Below, piece by piece: positions 23,344-34,949 of a DNA stretch of 64,000 nt. Below the pieces are notes generated by a model. It worked only from the letters and a program-made list of their open reading frames with translations. It was not told the DNA's origin and did no database searches. The stretch covers positions 124,001 to 188,000 of the forward strand of contig MCFE01000014.1 of assembly GCA_002104905.1 (NCBI GenBank), read 5' to 3'. Position 1 is the stretch's first letter. Each line of letters starts with the position of its first letter. Both the position numbers and the translations under genes were made by a program. This stretch comes from Basidiobolus meristosporus CBS 931.73. Taxonomy: Eukaryota; Fungi; Basidiobolomycota.

Positions 23344-23749
23344 TGAGTATCTTACGTCAAGATTAGGACCAGTCAGTATGAGCATTTAGTTGAGTGGGAG
23401 TGTTGTATTAATTTGTAATCCCACCTAAATATTCACCTAACTTAGCCACTTAGATCATTATCTTCAAATCCTATAGAATACTGACTAAATTCCTTGTTGG
23501 GATTTACTTGGAATATTTTCACCAAAATATCAGGTACCCAGAGCATGAAAATTCTCAAGGTTGACCAAACAGCCCCAAACCTTGCACACATGTTCTTGGA
23601 ACCTTTCTGAGCCTATTCTATGTATTTGTTATGCCAAGACCATGTAAAAGTATAAATACTACTTTTACATTCAGTAGATCATAAAGTGAAAACCACATAA
23701 TCCACTTGTTCTCACAATCACTTCCAATAACTCCAAGACACTTACAACA
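23344..23749 (+). mobile_element. Truncated Copia 3' end (RNase H tail, PPT, LTR 23401-23749)
   Basis: EYLTSRLGPVSMSI*, GAGTGGGAG PPT and a diverged LTR TGTTGTA...TACAACA. Confidence 0.85.
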
Positions 23750-23789
23750 AACATCAGGTAACTGGAACATGATGTTTGTCTAAAGATAA

Positions 23790-24325
23790 GACTAAGTCCT
23801 CATTTAACTTAGTCACTTAGATCATGGTTTATAAATAATACAGGATCTGGGTAGAAACTACTTGTTGGAATTCACCTAAAATACATGAAGTTTCTCAAAG
23901 TTGTCCAAGCAGCCCCATACCTGGTGCACATGCTCTTGGGGCCTTCTTAGACATATTGCAAATGCTTGCTATTCCAATACCATGTAAAGGTATAGATACT
24001 GTTTTACATTCAATAAATCATTAATGAATACTACAAAATATATTAGTTCTCTCAATCACTTCCAATACCTCCAAAGCTCTTATAACAAAAGATGAAGTCA
24101 CATGGCTTGCAACACCTAGAAGCTGTGTGCAGAGTGCTGGGCTGTTAGCATAACTTTGACACTTTACATGTTCCATGTCCCTGATGTTTTTGTGAGAATA
24201 TTTCAAGTGAATCCCAAGAAGGAGTTTCTATCAGCAACCTGTAGTATTTGTAGACTATGGTTCAAGTGACCAAGTTAAGTGAGTGCCTAGTCCTATATTT
24301 AGGTATATATACAATCTAATAACAG
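23790..24325. repeat. Two heavily degenerate Copia LTR relics in opposite orientations
   Basis: Recognisable LTR motifs (ACTTAGTCACTTAGATCAT, CAATAAATCATTAA, TCACTTCCAATA). Boundaries are approximate. Confidence 0.6.
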
Positions 24326-24627
24326 AATACCCATTGTTAAAGAGTGCAAAAAATGAAGAAAATGATTTTGAAGTATAATCTATGACTGGTACAGTTCATA
24401 AACTATCATAGAAGCAATTAAGGTAGCTCATATATTCAGGTACAAGTATAAAGCTTGCAGCCAGTCCAACTGAGGCCTAATGAAAGAATATGACTAAAGA
24501 CCAGCAGAGTTCTAAGCTTCTCTAAATTTACAGCTCCAAGTATCTTAAGCTCTGGCTATTTGGCAGACAGAAGACATACTTTTTAGTAGGAGGCTAGGCT
24601 GAGTAGCATTCAAGTCATACTTGATAA

Positions 24628-24959
24628 TGTTGTAAAAATTTGCAATTTGCACCTAAATATTCACCTAACTTAGTCACTTAGATCATTACCTTTAAATCCT
24701 AGAGAATACTGACCAAATTCCTTGTTGGGATTTACTTAGAATATTTACCCAGAACATGAAAATGCTCATGTTGTCCAAACAGCCCCAAACTTTGCGCACA
24801 TGCTCTTGGGACCTTCCTTAACCTATTCTATGTGTTTGTAATGCCAAGACCATGTAAAAGTATAAATACTACTTTTATATTCAATAAATCATTAAGTGAA
24901 AACCACATAATCTGCTTGTCCGCCAAGTCACTTCCAATATCTCCAAGACTCTTACAACA
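24628..24959 (+). mobile_element. Copia solo LTR
   Basis: TG...CA termini, perfect 5-bp TSD GATAA, no PBS or PPT. Confidence 0.9.
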
Positions 24960-26038
24960 GATAATAAGATACTCACTACTTCTACATTTATTCAGAACTG
25001 TAAAATTGAAGGAAACAAACCAGCTCAATAGAAGTAAAATACCATCAAAATACCACTAGAATATCATATGAATTCCAAGTATGTGATCTTTGGTAGGGTA
25101 GGAATGAATGTGGTAGGCATGGAAATACGGCAACATAGTTAATCAATATCAGTCAGGGAGGAGTTCTTCTTTAACAATTAGGCTAAGTTAGCTTGAGTGG
25201 AGTTTCCACTATATGAATGGAGAAGGGACATTGACTCATTTCATAGCGGACTATCAAATACTTGGCGTATTTGTCTGAACACCTAATACCAATAGCTATA
25301 ACACAGTCTATATGCAATAATTTTTGGTACTGTGAGAAATATAAAATCCAATGGGATTTTCTGCTCAGCATCTACCCCTCAGCCTTGGACAGGATCAAGA
25401 AAAGGAATAGTATAATTGATATGCAAAGTCCGCAGAGTAGTGGTTGGTAGTGATTTCTAGAGACACCTCTAGTAAGAATGAATGGCTGGAATGGCGCAGG
25501 TTATAAGATATGAATTGAGCTCAACCAAGATGCGCATCACCAATAGAGACCAGGTGAATTTGGGGTGCCAGGATAGCTCTCTGGCCTCACTGGGGTCCAT
25601 CATGTCAATCAGCAGGTATAGACAATTGTAAATAGATTAACGATTTGCCAATCAGTTATGCAAAAACCGCAGGCTGCCAATAACCAATGACACTTCCTGG
25701 ATGATGCAACGGGCAATCAACGAAGTGCTTGGGCCCTGATTGCCTTTGGCCCACCCTGACACACCCCCTCACCGGCAGTATTTGCAGTCGAATTTATCCA
25801 CCCAAATTAGGCCAACTACCGTCCAGCCTCTAGCCACACTCCTGGTGAAACCTGACTGCCATGCCGAAAAGGGTTTAATCACTTGTTCCAAAAGCTTCTC
25901 TTGATTGACGCAGACGTCAGGAAAAATTTCTCTGGTTTTCGGGCTTGGTGTGCGGCCCGGATATTAGAATCTATATATTTTTGGCATCTCCCCAGTGAAC
26001 CGTTATTGGCCTCTTCACACTCTTCTTTAGTAACCAAC

Positions 26039-27769
26039 ATGTTCCGTAGTGCTAAAACCGTTCAAACCATTGCCAAATCTCCTCTATCCCGCCCCTCTTC
26101 AGCCCTCCGTTTCTACTCTTCCCACAAAGAGCTCCAATTCGGGATCGAGGGAAGAGCCTCTCTTCTTCGCGGTGTCGAGACACTTGCCAAGGCTGTCGCT
26201 GTCACACTTGGTCCCAAAGGGCGAAACGTTCTGATCGAACAACCCTTTGGCAGTCCTAAGATTACCAAAGATGGTGTGACCGTTGCAAAGAGCATTATCC
26301 TCGAAGACAAATTCGAAAACCTAGGCGCCAAGTTGGTGCAGGATGTTGCCAGCAAAACTAATGATGCCGCTGGTGACGGTACCACCACCGCCACCGTCTT
26401 GACTCGCGCCATTTTCTCGGAAGGAGTCAAAAATGTCGCGGCTGGTTGCAACCCTATGGACCTTCGTCGCGGTGTTCAACTTGCCGTCGATGCGATTGTT
26501 GACTTCTTGAAGAATAACAGCCGCGCCATCACCACCTCCGAGGAGGTGGCCCAGGTTGGCACCATTTCGGCCAACGGAGACAAAGAGATCGGAAACCTGA
26601 TCGCCCAAGCCATGGAAAAGGTCGGCAAAGAAGGAGTCATCACCTGTAAGGAGGGAAAGACTATTGAGGACGAACTCGAGATTACCGAAGGTATGCGCTT
26701 CGACCGTGGTTTCATCTCCCCCTACTTCATCACCGACACCAAGACCCAAAAGGTGGAATTCGAGAAACCTTTGGTGCTCTTGTCGGAGAAAAAGATCTCA
26801 GCCATCCAGGATGTCCTTCCCGCCCTTGAGACCGCTGCCCAGCAGCGTCGCCCTCTCTTGATCGTAGCCGAAGATGTCGACGGCGAGGCTCTTGCTGCTT
26901 GTATTTTGAATAAGCTTCGAGGCCAGATCCAGGTCGCTGCTGTCAAGGCCCCCGGCTTCGGTGATAACCGCAAATCCATCCTTGGCGATCTTGCCACTCT
27001 TACTGGTGGAACCGTATTCTCCGATGAATTGGATATAAAGCTCGAGAAGGCCACCCCTGAGCTGTTCGGTTCTTCAGGATCCATCACCATTACCAAGGAA
27101 GACACCATCATCATGAATGGTGACGGTCCCAAGGAGAGAATCGCCCAACGTTGCGAGCAAATCCGTGCTACCATGAACGAGAGCGGCGTCTCCGAATACG
27201 AGAGAGAGAAATTGCAAGACCGCCTTGCTAAGCTGTCCGGCGGTGTGGCAGTTATCAAAATTGGCGGAGTTTCCGAAGTAGAGGTTGGTGAGAAGAAGGA
27301 TCGGTTCGTCGATGCCCTCAACGCGACTCGTGCCGCTGTCGAGGAAGGTATCGTCCCTGGTGGAGGAACTGCCCTCCTCAAGGCCACCAAGTGCTTGGAC
27401 GCTTTGAAGCCGGCCAACTTCGATCAAAAACTTGGGATCAACATCATTCGTCAGGCCTGCCTTCGTCCCTGCAAGACCATTGTCGAGAATGCCGGCGAGG
27501 AAGGCTCCGTTGTTGTTGGAAAGCTTTTGGAAGAACACGGGAATACCTTCAACATAGGCTACGACGCCGCAGTCGGAGAATTTACCGATATGATCACCAA
27601 GGGTATCCTCGATCCCGTCAAGGTGGTCAGAACTGCCTTGGTGGACGCCTCCGGTGTAGCCTCTCTGTTGACCACATCCGAATGCATGATTGTTGATGCA
27701 CCAGAGAAGGACAAGCCCGCGGCCATGGGAGGTATGGGCGGCATGGGCGGCATGGGCGGGATGATGTAA
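26039..27769 (+). CDS. HSP60: Mitochondrial chaperonin Hsp60 (576 aa, intronless)
   Basis: Presequence MFRSAK..., [18 protein letters not shown] and C-terminal GGM repeats. True start at ATG 26039. Confidence 0.98.
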   Translation: MFRSAKTVQTIAKSPLSRPSSALRFYSSHKELQFGIEGRASLLRGVETLAKAVAVTLGPKGRNVLIEQPFGSPKITKDGVTVAKSIILEDKFENLGAKLVQDVASKTNDAAGDGTTTATVLTRAIFSEGVKNVAAGCNPMDLRRGVQLAVDAIVDFLKNNSRAITTSEEVAQVGTISANGDKEIGNLIAQAMEKVGKEGVITCKEGKTIEDELEITEGMRFDRGFISPYFITDTKTQKVEFEKPLVLLSEKKISAIQDVLPALETAAQQRRPLLIVAEDVDGEALAACILNKLRGQIQVAAVKAPGFGDNRKSILGDLATLTGGTVFSDELDIKLEKATPELFGSSGSITITKEDTIIMNGDGPKERIAQRCEQIRATMNESGVSEYEREKLQDRLAKLSGGVAVIKIGGVSEVEVGEKKDRFVDALNATRAAVEEGIVPGGGTALLKATKCLDALKPANFDQKLGINIIRQACLRPCKTIVENAGEEGSVVVGKLLEEHGNTFNIGYDAAVGEFTDMITKGILDPVKVVRTALVDASGVASLLTTSECMIVDAPEKDKPAAMGGMGGMGGMGGMM

Positions 27770-28449
27770 AGCACCCCATTTCCAGGCACTCTGAGAAGGC
27801 CGTGGACTCCATCCCTTGATATATATGTTTTACTTCTATACAACTTTCCTTCTGTGTACACAATAATTCACGCATATCGCGGCGATTCAAGACCGTCAAA
27901 TAAAGTATCCACCATTTCACAAATCCCCTGCCTCAATTGAAGCCATCGTCATCCACGGAGAAATTCCGGATTCGTGACTCATCCCACCCAACCGGACGTA
28001 AATATCCTCTGGAAACGAATTGCTGGCTTGCTTCACCATGCATACTGTTGCATCGGGAGTTTGGAATTTTCTGTGGTCACTCATGGAGGATCCCGGTTGA
28101 ATCCTACTCTAGATGGGCTCCAGTGAAGACAGGAATATTCGTCGTCTTGGTGCGCACTGGATGAAACTCCGTTCTTGGCAGAAATAAGGTTAATTAAGCC
28201 CCGAATAGAAACATGCCAAACCAAAATCCGATCATTAAAATAAGAAACGTCAACCCTCGTATGCAGTGACCGCTTCATTAATCCATTTATGGGAACCGTG
28301 AATTGATGCTCAATCTGGCCAAATGGAAGGACAATCGATGCCTCGAGATTCCAATAAATATCTTATTCCATACTTCTTCTGACCATATTCGCCATTATTC
28401 AACCAACAACCCACTTTGTTCTCTTCATTGACTGCCCACACCTCTCATC

Positions 28450-30535
28450 ATGTCCAAGTATATGGCAAAAGGTGCACTCCGCACAGTGTATGTTCCCCCA
28501 AAGCTCGATGCCCCTTTGTGCTTGCTAACCCTACTTTCAGTAAAAATATGACACGAGGCTATTCAGAAATCCAAGCGAAAGTTCGTGAAGCTACCTCCAA
28601 CGATCCTTGGGGTCCCTCAGGAAGTCAGATGAGCGAGATCGCTCGTGCCACATTTGACCCGTAAGTACCAGGATGGCGGTTTATTTTTCTACTCGTTGTA
28701 ACAGCTCAGCGTAGTTAATCAACTGCCTTGACCTACACAGAGTATCTCTTCGAAAGAAGACCTAGACGTTCAACTGTATTTACCACCTTCCCATCATTGT
28801 AGTCACTATTTCCAAGAGATTATGGACATGATTGATAAGCGTCTAAACGACAAGGGGAAAAACTGGCGCCATGTATTTAAGGTTTGGATAAATCCACAGG
28901 CCTCCCATTGGGTAGATCGATAATTAATCGGAAGGTGCTTAGGCCTTGACTCTGCTAGATTATTGCCTTCACTCAGGCTCACAAAACGTGGTCGCATACG
29001 CAAGGGACAATTTCTACATAGTGAAAACCCTAAAAGAGTTCCAGTACATTGACGAACACGGCAAAGACCAAGGACTCAATGGTATGTGGGCTGTCATCAA
29101 AGAATCCTACTACCGTGGACCGACATTTTTTTCGTCATCTGTAGTTAGACAAAAGGCCAAGGACATTATAGCATTACTATCCGACGAAAGTCGGCTCAGA
29201 GAAGAAAGAAGCAACCGCTCCACTATGCAGAACCGTATGGACGGTGGGTCAAATAGCGATCTTTCCAGATACGGACCCTATCCATCTCGCAATTCGAACC
29301 AGGACCTAAGCGGACTTGACCAGGCTGAAGATCGGGACCTGCAGCTTGCCATTGAAGAAAGTAAAAGATCAGCAGCTGAGCATGAGATGCGACTTAAATC
29401 GAGGTATGAGTTATCGTTGCTTTACGAGACCCAAGGCAGTGATGGTAATGTCTCTTTCTCCAGCGACGAGGATATTCAGAGAGCTATCGAGTTAAGCAAG
29501 AAAGAGGCCTTCGCCCAGAGTAATCATAATGCAGCAGAAACCAACGAGCTAATCATGCTGAATGACATACCCGCAGTACAGAACAATATGTATACACGCT
29601 CCTGTCATACATGGATGAGACATTGCACTGACCGCACTTCTCTTCGCTAGAAATACCTATCAACCTCAGCAACAATTCGATGTATTCGGAAACCCCGATC
29701 ACTATTCTGGAGCAAACAATGACTTGTTTGACCCATTTACCCCGCTCCAGAATAATAACAGTTATGGTATGAGCAATGGCTATGACTCAATAGGAAATGG
29801 GGGCTATACGGGACAGATTACGAGCAACCCAAATAATCCGTTTGGAACACCGAAACACTCCACTCAGCCTTTCAATGATGCAGTATTTCAACCACAGCCA
29901 CCAGCATTTGCTCCAAGCAATGATATATCTGGAAACATCATGTAAGCCTCTTAGTTAATGGGTGAAACGATAGTATCAGTACTAAATTTTCTTTCGACCT
30001 AGTGGATCAGCACCCAGCTTTGGATATGACCAATATCAACCACAACACAACCCTAACCCCAACCCCTTCTATCAACACTCCGCACCAGCCATGGACAACA
30101 ACGACCCATTTAATTTCGCACATGGGCCAAGCTCAGACGTAAGATTAAAGAAACATCATCTATGTGGCATTGACTCTGACCTGGTTGAATTTTCAATAGG
30201 ACGCATTTGGGGGTGGTCAACAGCAAATACCACCAAACAACTCCTTGATTGAAATTGAGCCCCATGCAGCTTCCAGTGCTGGCTTTGGCCAAACTGTCAG
30301 CAAAAACCCTTTTCTGTCGACTGGAACTCATGGGTCAAGTCAATCTAAGCCGTCACTCAACGATATAATGAAGCAGCAACAACAGCAGTCGTCCGCATTT
30401 CAGACTCAGTTCGGGATGAACGGAAACAACCCAATGGGAGGTCACAACTTTGGCTCGGAATTCAACCAGCCCTTCCGCCAACAACAATCGTTTACTGCAG
30501 GCGTAGGCGGCAACAACAACCCATTTGGATTCTGA
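28450..30535 (+). CDS. ENT1: Epsin (ENTH domain, two UIMs, NPF motifs), multi-exon
   Basis: Spliced MSKYMAKGALRTVKNMTRGYSEIQAKVREATSNDPWG...KNWRHVFKALTLLDY. UIMs DLQLAIEESK and DIQRAIELSK. Ends NNPFGF. GT-AG introns such as 28488-28540 and 28661-28802. Confidence 0.93.
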
Positions 30536-31933
30536 ATCGCTTCACCAAGTGGCCAGTGAAATGACTGGCAAGCACCTGAGAAATCCCCCTGTAATGATCG
30601 GTTGGTTTAATGCATTTCGAAGCTAGGTCTTCGTTTCTATCTTTAGTTAGTATCTCTGAGCAGCCAACAAAGGAGATGATTCTGTACACACAAGAAAACA
30701 AGGCATCCCATTTCATCATATCAAATATGTACTTTCCCTCATCCGCAGTTATAATTCTAATAACATTCATATTGTTCCGTATACCGAAGCACCAGTGATT
30801 TGTATGATCTCAAAGCCCATTTGTACTGATTGAGCCATTCTCATGGGAATCTGGGAATTGGCCTAGTTCAGCGACAGCTAGTGAAATCTCCACCTCAATT
30901 AAGGGGACATCTCCATTACATATGAGAAGTGGCTTTGGCGGAATAAGGATGGATTAAAAAGGAAAGATTCATAGGTTGAGGTGAATCTATTGGAAGGGCA
31001 ACAAGCTAAGATGCAACCACCTCAAATATAGATCCAAGTGGACCCTGGGTCAATTAACCCGAATCCCCAGACCCTGTTTCAGCCTCAGGGTGGACGTGAT
31101 AAATCCAACCAGCAATAAAATTCCCAAAGGGTAAGGAAAGCTGCTCGAGTTTTTTGGTTGGTCAGCTGAAATCGAGCCTCTCCATAGCCTACAGATGGCT
31201 GCTCGCGGCTGGGAAGGAAAAGGTTGGAGTATGTTCTTGCCGCAATCTCAGACTGCTGCTGGAGTGCACAGTGACGTAGCATGATATTTTCTTCACCTAA
31301 AAAACGCTAGCTGTTCGTAGCACCCAATCACATACCTTCCCCTGGATCTGATAATACGATCAGACTGCGGCCCTGGGTTAAGGCGGATTCAGGTCGGTGC
31401 GATCAAAGCTGAAGGTCATTGGAAACAGGCTGGCATCACAGCTTTGTCATTAGTGAACAACTGGGTTATCAAATCATCAGATATCCGCACACACCCCGCA
31501 TCGTCGGCAGGCATAAGCTACTCCCAATCCATATGCTTGCACTCGTTGACGTATCCACCGTATCCGCAAGGAGGATGCTCCCGGGTGTCCTAAAGCGTCA
31601 TATTAGTAATATGTGCTCATCGTCCATCGACTGAACTCGGACCTGCAAGCACAGCGCTACCTTGTCCAACGTTGGGGGGATTCACTCATTCGCAGCCGAG
31701 CTGCTGATGGATATCTGATCTATGGGGGCCCATATTTGTTAGTAATCTGATGTTTCACATATCGACTAAATAGTACATCATGGTATTGGGATGATTCATA
31801 GCAGCCATGATGAGCCATAACAAGCCAGTCGTGTGAAGGGAAAAGGATAAATCCATTCATCAAATTACCCCAAGATTTTCACCAATATAAGCTACACCGC
31901 CCGCCGAATTCCTCTTGACCTGATAACTCCACA

Positions 31934-32899
31934 ATGTCATTTATACGTAGACCAGTGCTATACTCAGCTCTTCGTTCCAACCTTACCTCCAGGCTCCTAC
32001 GCCCAGCCCCTCGACAACCCCTGTTCACCCCCATTTTGTGCTCACCAAACCTTCTGGAAAGGAAGTATGGTACTTGCTCTTCAACCCCCCATTCCTTGGA
32101 GCTAGGGAAAAGCTGCTGGCGCTGTAAAGAGGACCTAAGAAGTAGTGAGGTTTTCTGCCACAATTCTACCTGTGGCACCATTCAGCCGATACCCACCTCG
32201 GTGACCTTTTTTGATGTCCTGGTTGGGTATGTGTTTGTTGTATCTCAACTTTGGTGTTTGGATCTAGCTAATTCGAAATTTTCTAGTGAGGAAGTGTTTG
32301 ATGTCAATATCGCACAGCTCAAGAAGAAGTATCTGAGCTTGCAGCAACAGGTGCATCCTGATAGTTACACGCGCAAACCTCAAGTGGGTATACCCTTCTC
32401 AACGACGTTCCACCGGTCTTACTAAACACCCTTCCCTCTTATAGAAGGAGTTTGAGTGCGCACAAGTGCAATCAGCCTGGTTAAATAGAGCTTATCACAC
32501 CTTAAGAGATCCGCTTCATCGCGCACAGTACTTGGTTAGCACTTACCGCAACACGTCCATGTTAGTCAGGGTGCTAAATTTCATCTATCTTCTATCTAGC
32601 TGGAACTTCGTGGAGTTCAAGTTGAGGAATCCGAATCATTAGATGACCCGGAGTTACTAATGGAGGTGCTGGAGGTGCGAGAGGAGCTTGAAGACGCCCA
32701 AACTGAATCGGAGGTGGACGATATCAGACTTGCAAATGAATCTAAATTGAAGGAGTCTATTCAGGAGCTATCGCTCGCCTTCAAGGAGAATGATTTGGAA
32801 AGAGCAAAGCAACTTTCCATCCAGCTCCAGTATTGGGTTAACATCAAGAAGGCCACCCAGGAGTGGTCGCCTAACAAGCAAGCCTATGTCAGCCACTAA
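31934..32899 (+). CDS. JAC1: Mitochondrial Fe-S cluster co-chaperone Jac1/HSC20, multi-exon
   Basis: Presequence, CWRC...CHNSTC, J-domain HPD (QVHPD), AWLNRAYHTLRDPLHRAQY and HSCB C-terminal LMEVLEVRE. Confidence 0.92.
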
Positions 32900-33516
32900 A
32901 TTTGGCAGTTCTACCCAAGTCTTGCATCTAGAGACGCCGCATCCGAGAGTTATCATTTCTAAACATTTTCCATTCACATAAGAGATCCCATTTACAGCAC
33001 TGCTCCACATTTTCTTTAGTTTCCCGCGTCTGCATTGCTTTGAAACATATTGTAATTAATTTATCACTGGCAACTTCGAAGTAGATTTCTTAGAAACCCT
33101 TGCATTCCCCTAATTCTCACGATACGCCAATTCTTTGCAAACAATCGGTAATCAAACTGAACCGAGTTTTTTTTGGATGTCCTCCCTCCATTACTCAGTG
33201 ATCAGCACTACATGTTCGACTCACCGATTGCTCTGACTATTGGTGATCGGAATGTTTATCATTGTACCACTTGCCACATCCCTTCCCGACATGGTGAAAG
33301 GAATCCCCATTAAATTTGACTATCCACACTTGCATATCTACTTGAATGACGGTGCTCCACTCTGTGGAGTAAAAATGGCTCCAGAGACAAACAACCTGTC
33401 CACCATCGTGACTTGAAAGGAATATATTCTTTAATAAAATATTTTAAGGGCGATGGTGAAATCCTAGGATTTTGGGAACATTAGGGGCAGCATGGCAAAC
33501 GACGTGGATGAGAGGA

Positions 33517-33929
33517 TTACTTCTCCTCAGTGAGCTCTAGTTGATCGTTGTAACCGTGCTTCTTGAGATCTTTCCAGGTCTCCTCGGGCTCCGAGAGGGT
33601 TTGTAAGTGATACATTTGGTAGAAACCTTTCTTCGTTAAATGGCCGTCGTCGTTGATGTCGAAGTTGTCTTTGATCTCTTCTATTGTATCTTCGTCAAAC
33701 TGGGAGTGGGAATAGGGAGCATGGATTAGTCAGGGAACGGGCGAACGGAAGCAACAGAGAAACAACTTACAGGTTCGCCATTGGTGGCGGAGGAAAAGGC
33801 CTCCAACTCTTTCTCATTGAGGGCGCCATCTTTGTCCTCATCGAAGCGCTCGAAAATCTCGTACAAGGCCTTCTCGAGCAGAGGGTGGAGGGTGTCCTCT
33901 TCTTCGTCAAATAGGTTCAGTTTTGTCAT
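33517..33929 (-). CDS. Small EF-hand protein (113 aa, intron 33700-33770)
   Basis: EF loop DEDKDGALNEKE, second loop DINDDGHLTKKG. Clean GT-AG intron with CTAAT branch point. Confidence 0.8.
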
Positions 33930-34949
33930 CGGTGGTTTCAGTGACAACAATTGTGTGATATCCCAACCTACATTAAAACCTCTTAAATCCTTGGATCTTT
34001 TTTTTTCTTTTCTACCATCTTGATGTGGTGGATACATAATCAAGCTTGCTAGATGATTGGTTGTGGTCTAAAGACTGAGGATTTAAAGTTAATTAAATCC
34101 TTCCATCGTTAAACAAGAAAGTTGCTTAAATTTGGGTGGGTGCAATATCCAGTTGTCACCACACCAGGCACTATCCTTTTATGATAAACCAGTATCAAAC
34201 CTGCGTCAATAGTGTCTGCAACGAGCCTAATAAATATCTAGATCTCCAATCTGAGGATCATCCTCCGACTCGATTGGTGTTGAAAGACTGCTCTTCATTT
34301 ATCGAGGAGACATTGACGATCTGAACAAAGAAAAGCTGTACGACCTTCTCTTTATCGATTAAATTAATGCATTGAAATGGGATCGTATCAGGCCAATCAA
34401 TGCAAATAGTGAAGCGACCAGCATCAAGGCAACATGGATTTCATCCAATTTACCGCTGACTTGCGGTTCTTTGAACACCGTAGCGAATCAACAAGAGTTT
34501 CCATCAATAGCAATTCTCAAATTAACCTCATACTTGTATTAGTTACGAATCGGCTTGATTGGAAGACCAACAGCAATGAATCAATTATGGTAAATTGATG
34601 TATTATCGTCTTTGGACTTGGAAGTGGGATGGGAATTATTCAAGAAATTCTAGAGGAGGGAAGGATTCGTATGTAATGTTCAAATGAATCCTTTTTTTCT
34701 CTAAAGAAATATATGCATTAGTACAGTAGTTGGAATCGTGATATCTTGATATCACCCTGGATTTCACACAACGTCAGGCCACCAAAATTTCTGACTTGCT
34801 TACATCAAAGTGGAGTATTGTCTTTGTATTGCCTGAGTCGTCATTCTCTCCGTTCGCTTGATTTCTTACCACCGTAAGTACCTCCAGTGTTTTATTCGAG
34901 CGTTGAATAGTGTCTTAGACAACTTTAGTGGATATATACAGAGACGAAA

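Noticed and set aside
25000-25380. Short minus-strand ORF relic at the TE/gene border
   Set aside because: 62 aa, unrecognised, no supporting structure.
25883-26038. 52-aa N-terminal extension of Hsp60 in the ORF track
   Set aside because: It starts at a non-ATG codon and overlaps the TATA-like region. ATG 26039 gives a normal mitochondrial presequence.
26113-27920. Several long antisense and alternate-frame ORFs over HSP60 (up to 231 aa)
   Set aside because: Expected by-product of strong codon bias in a highly expressed gene; no independent protein motifs.
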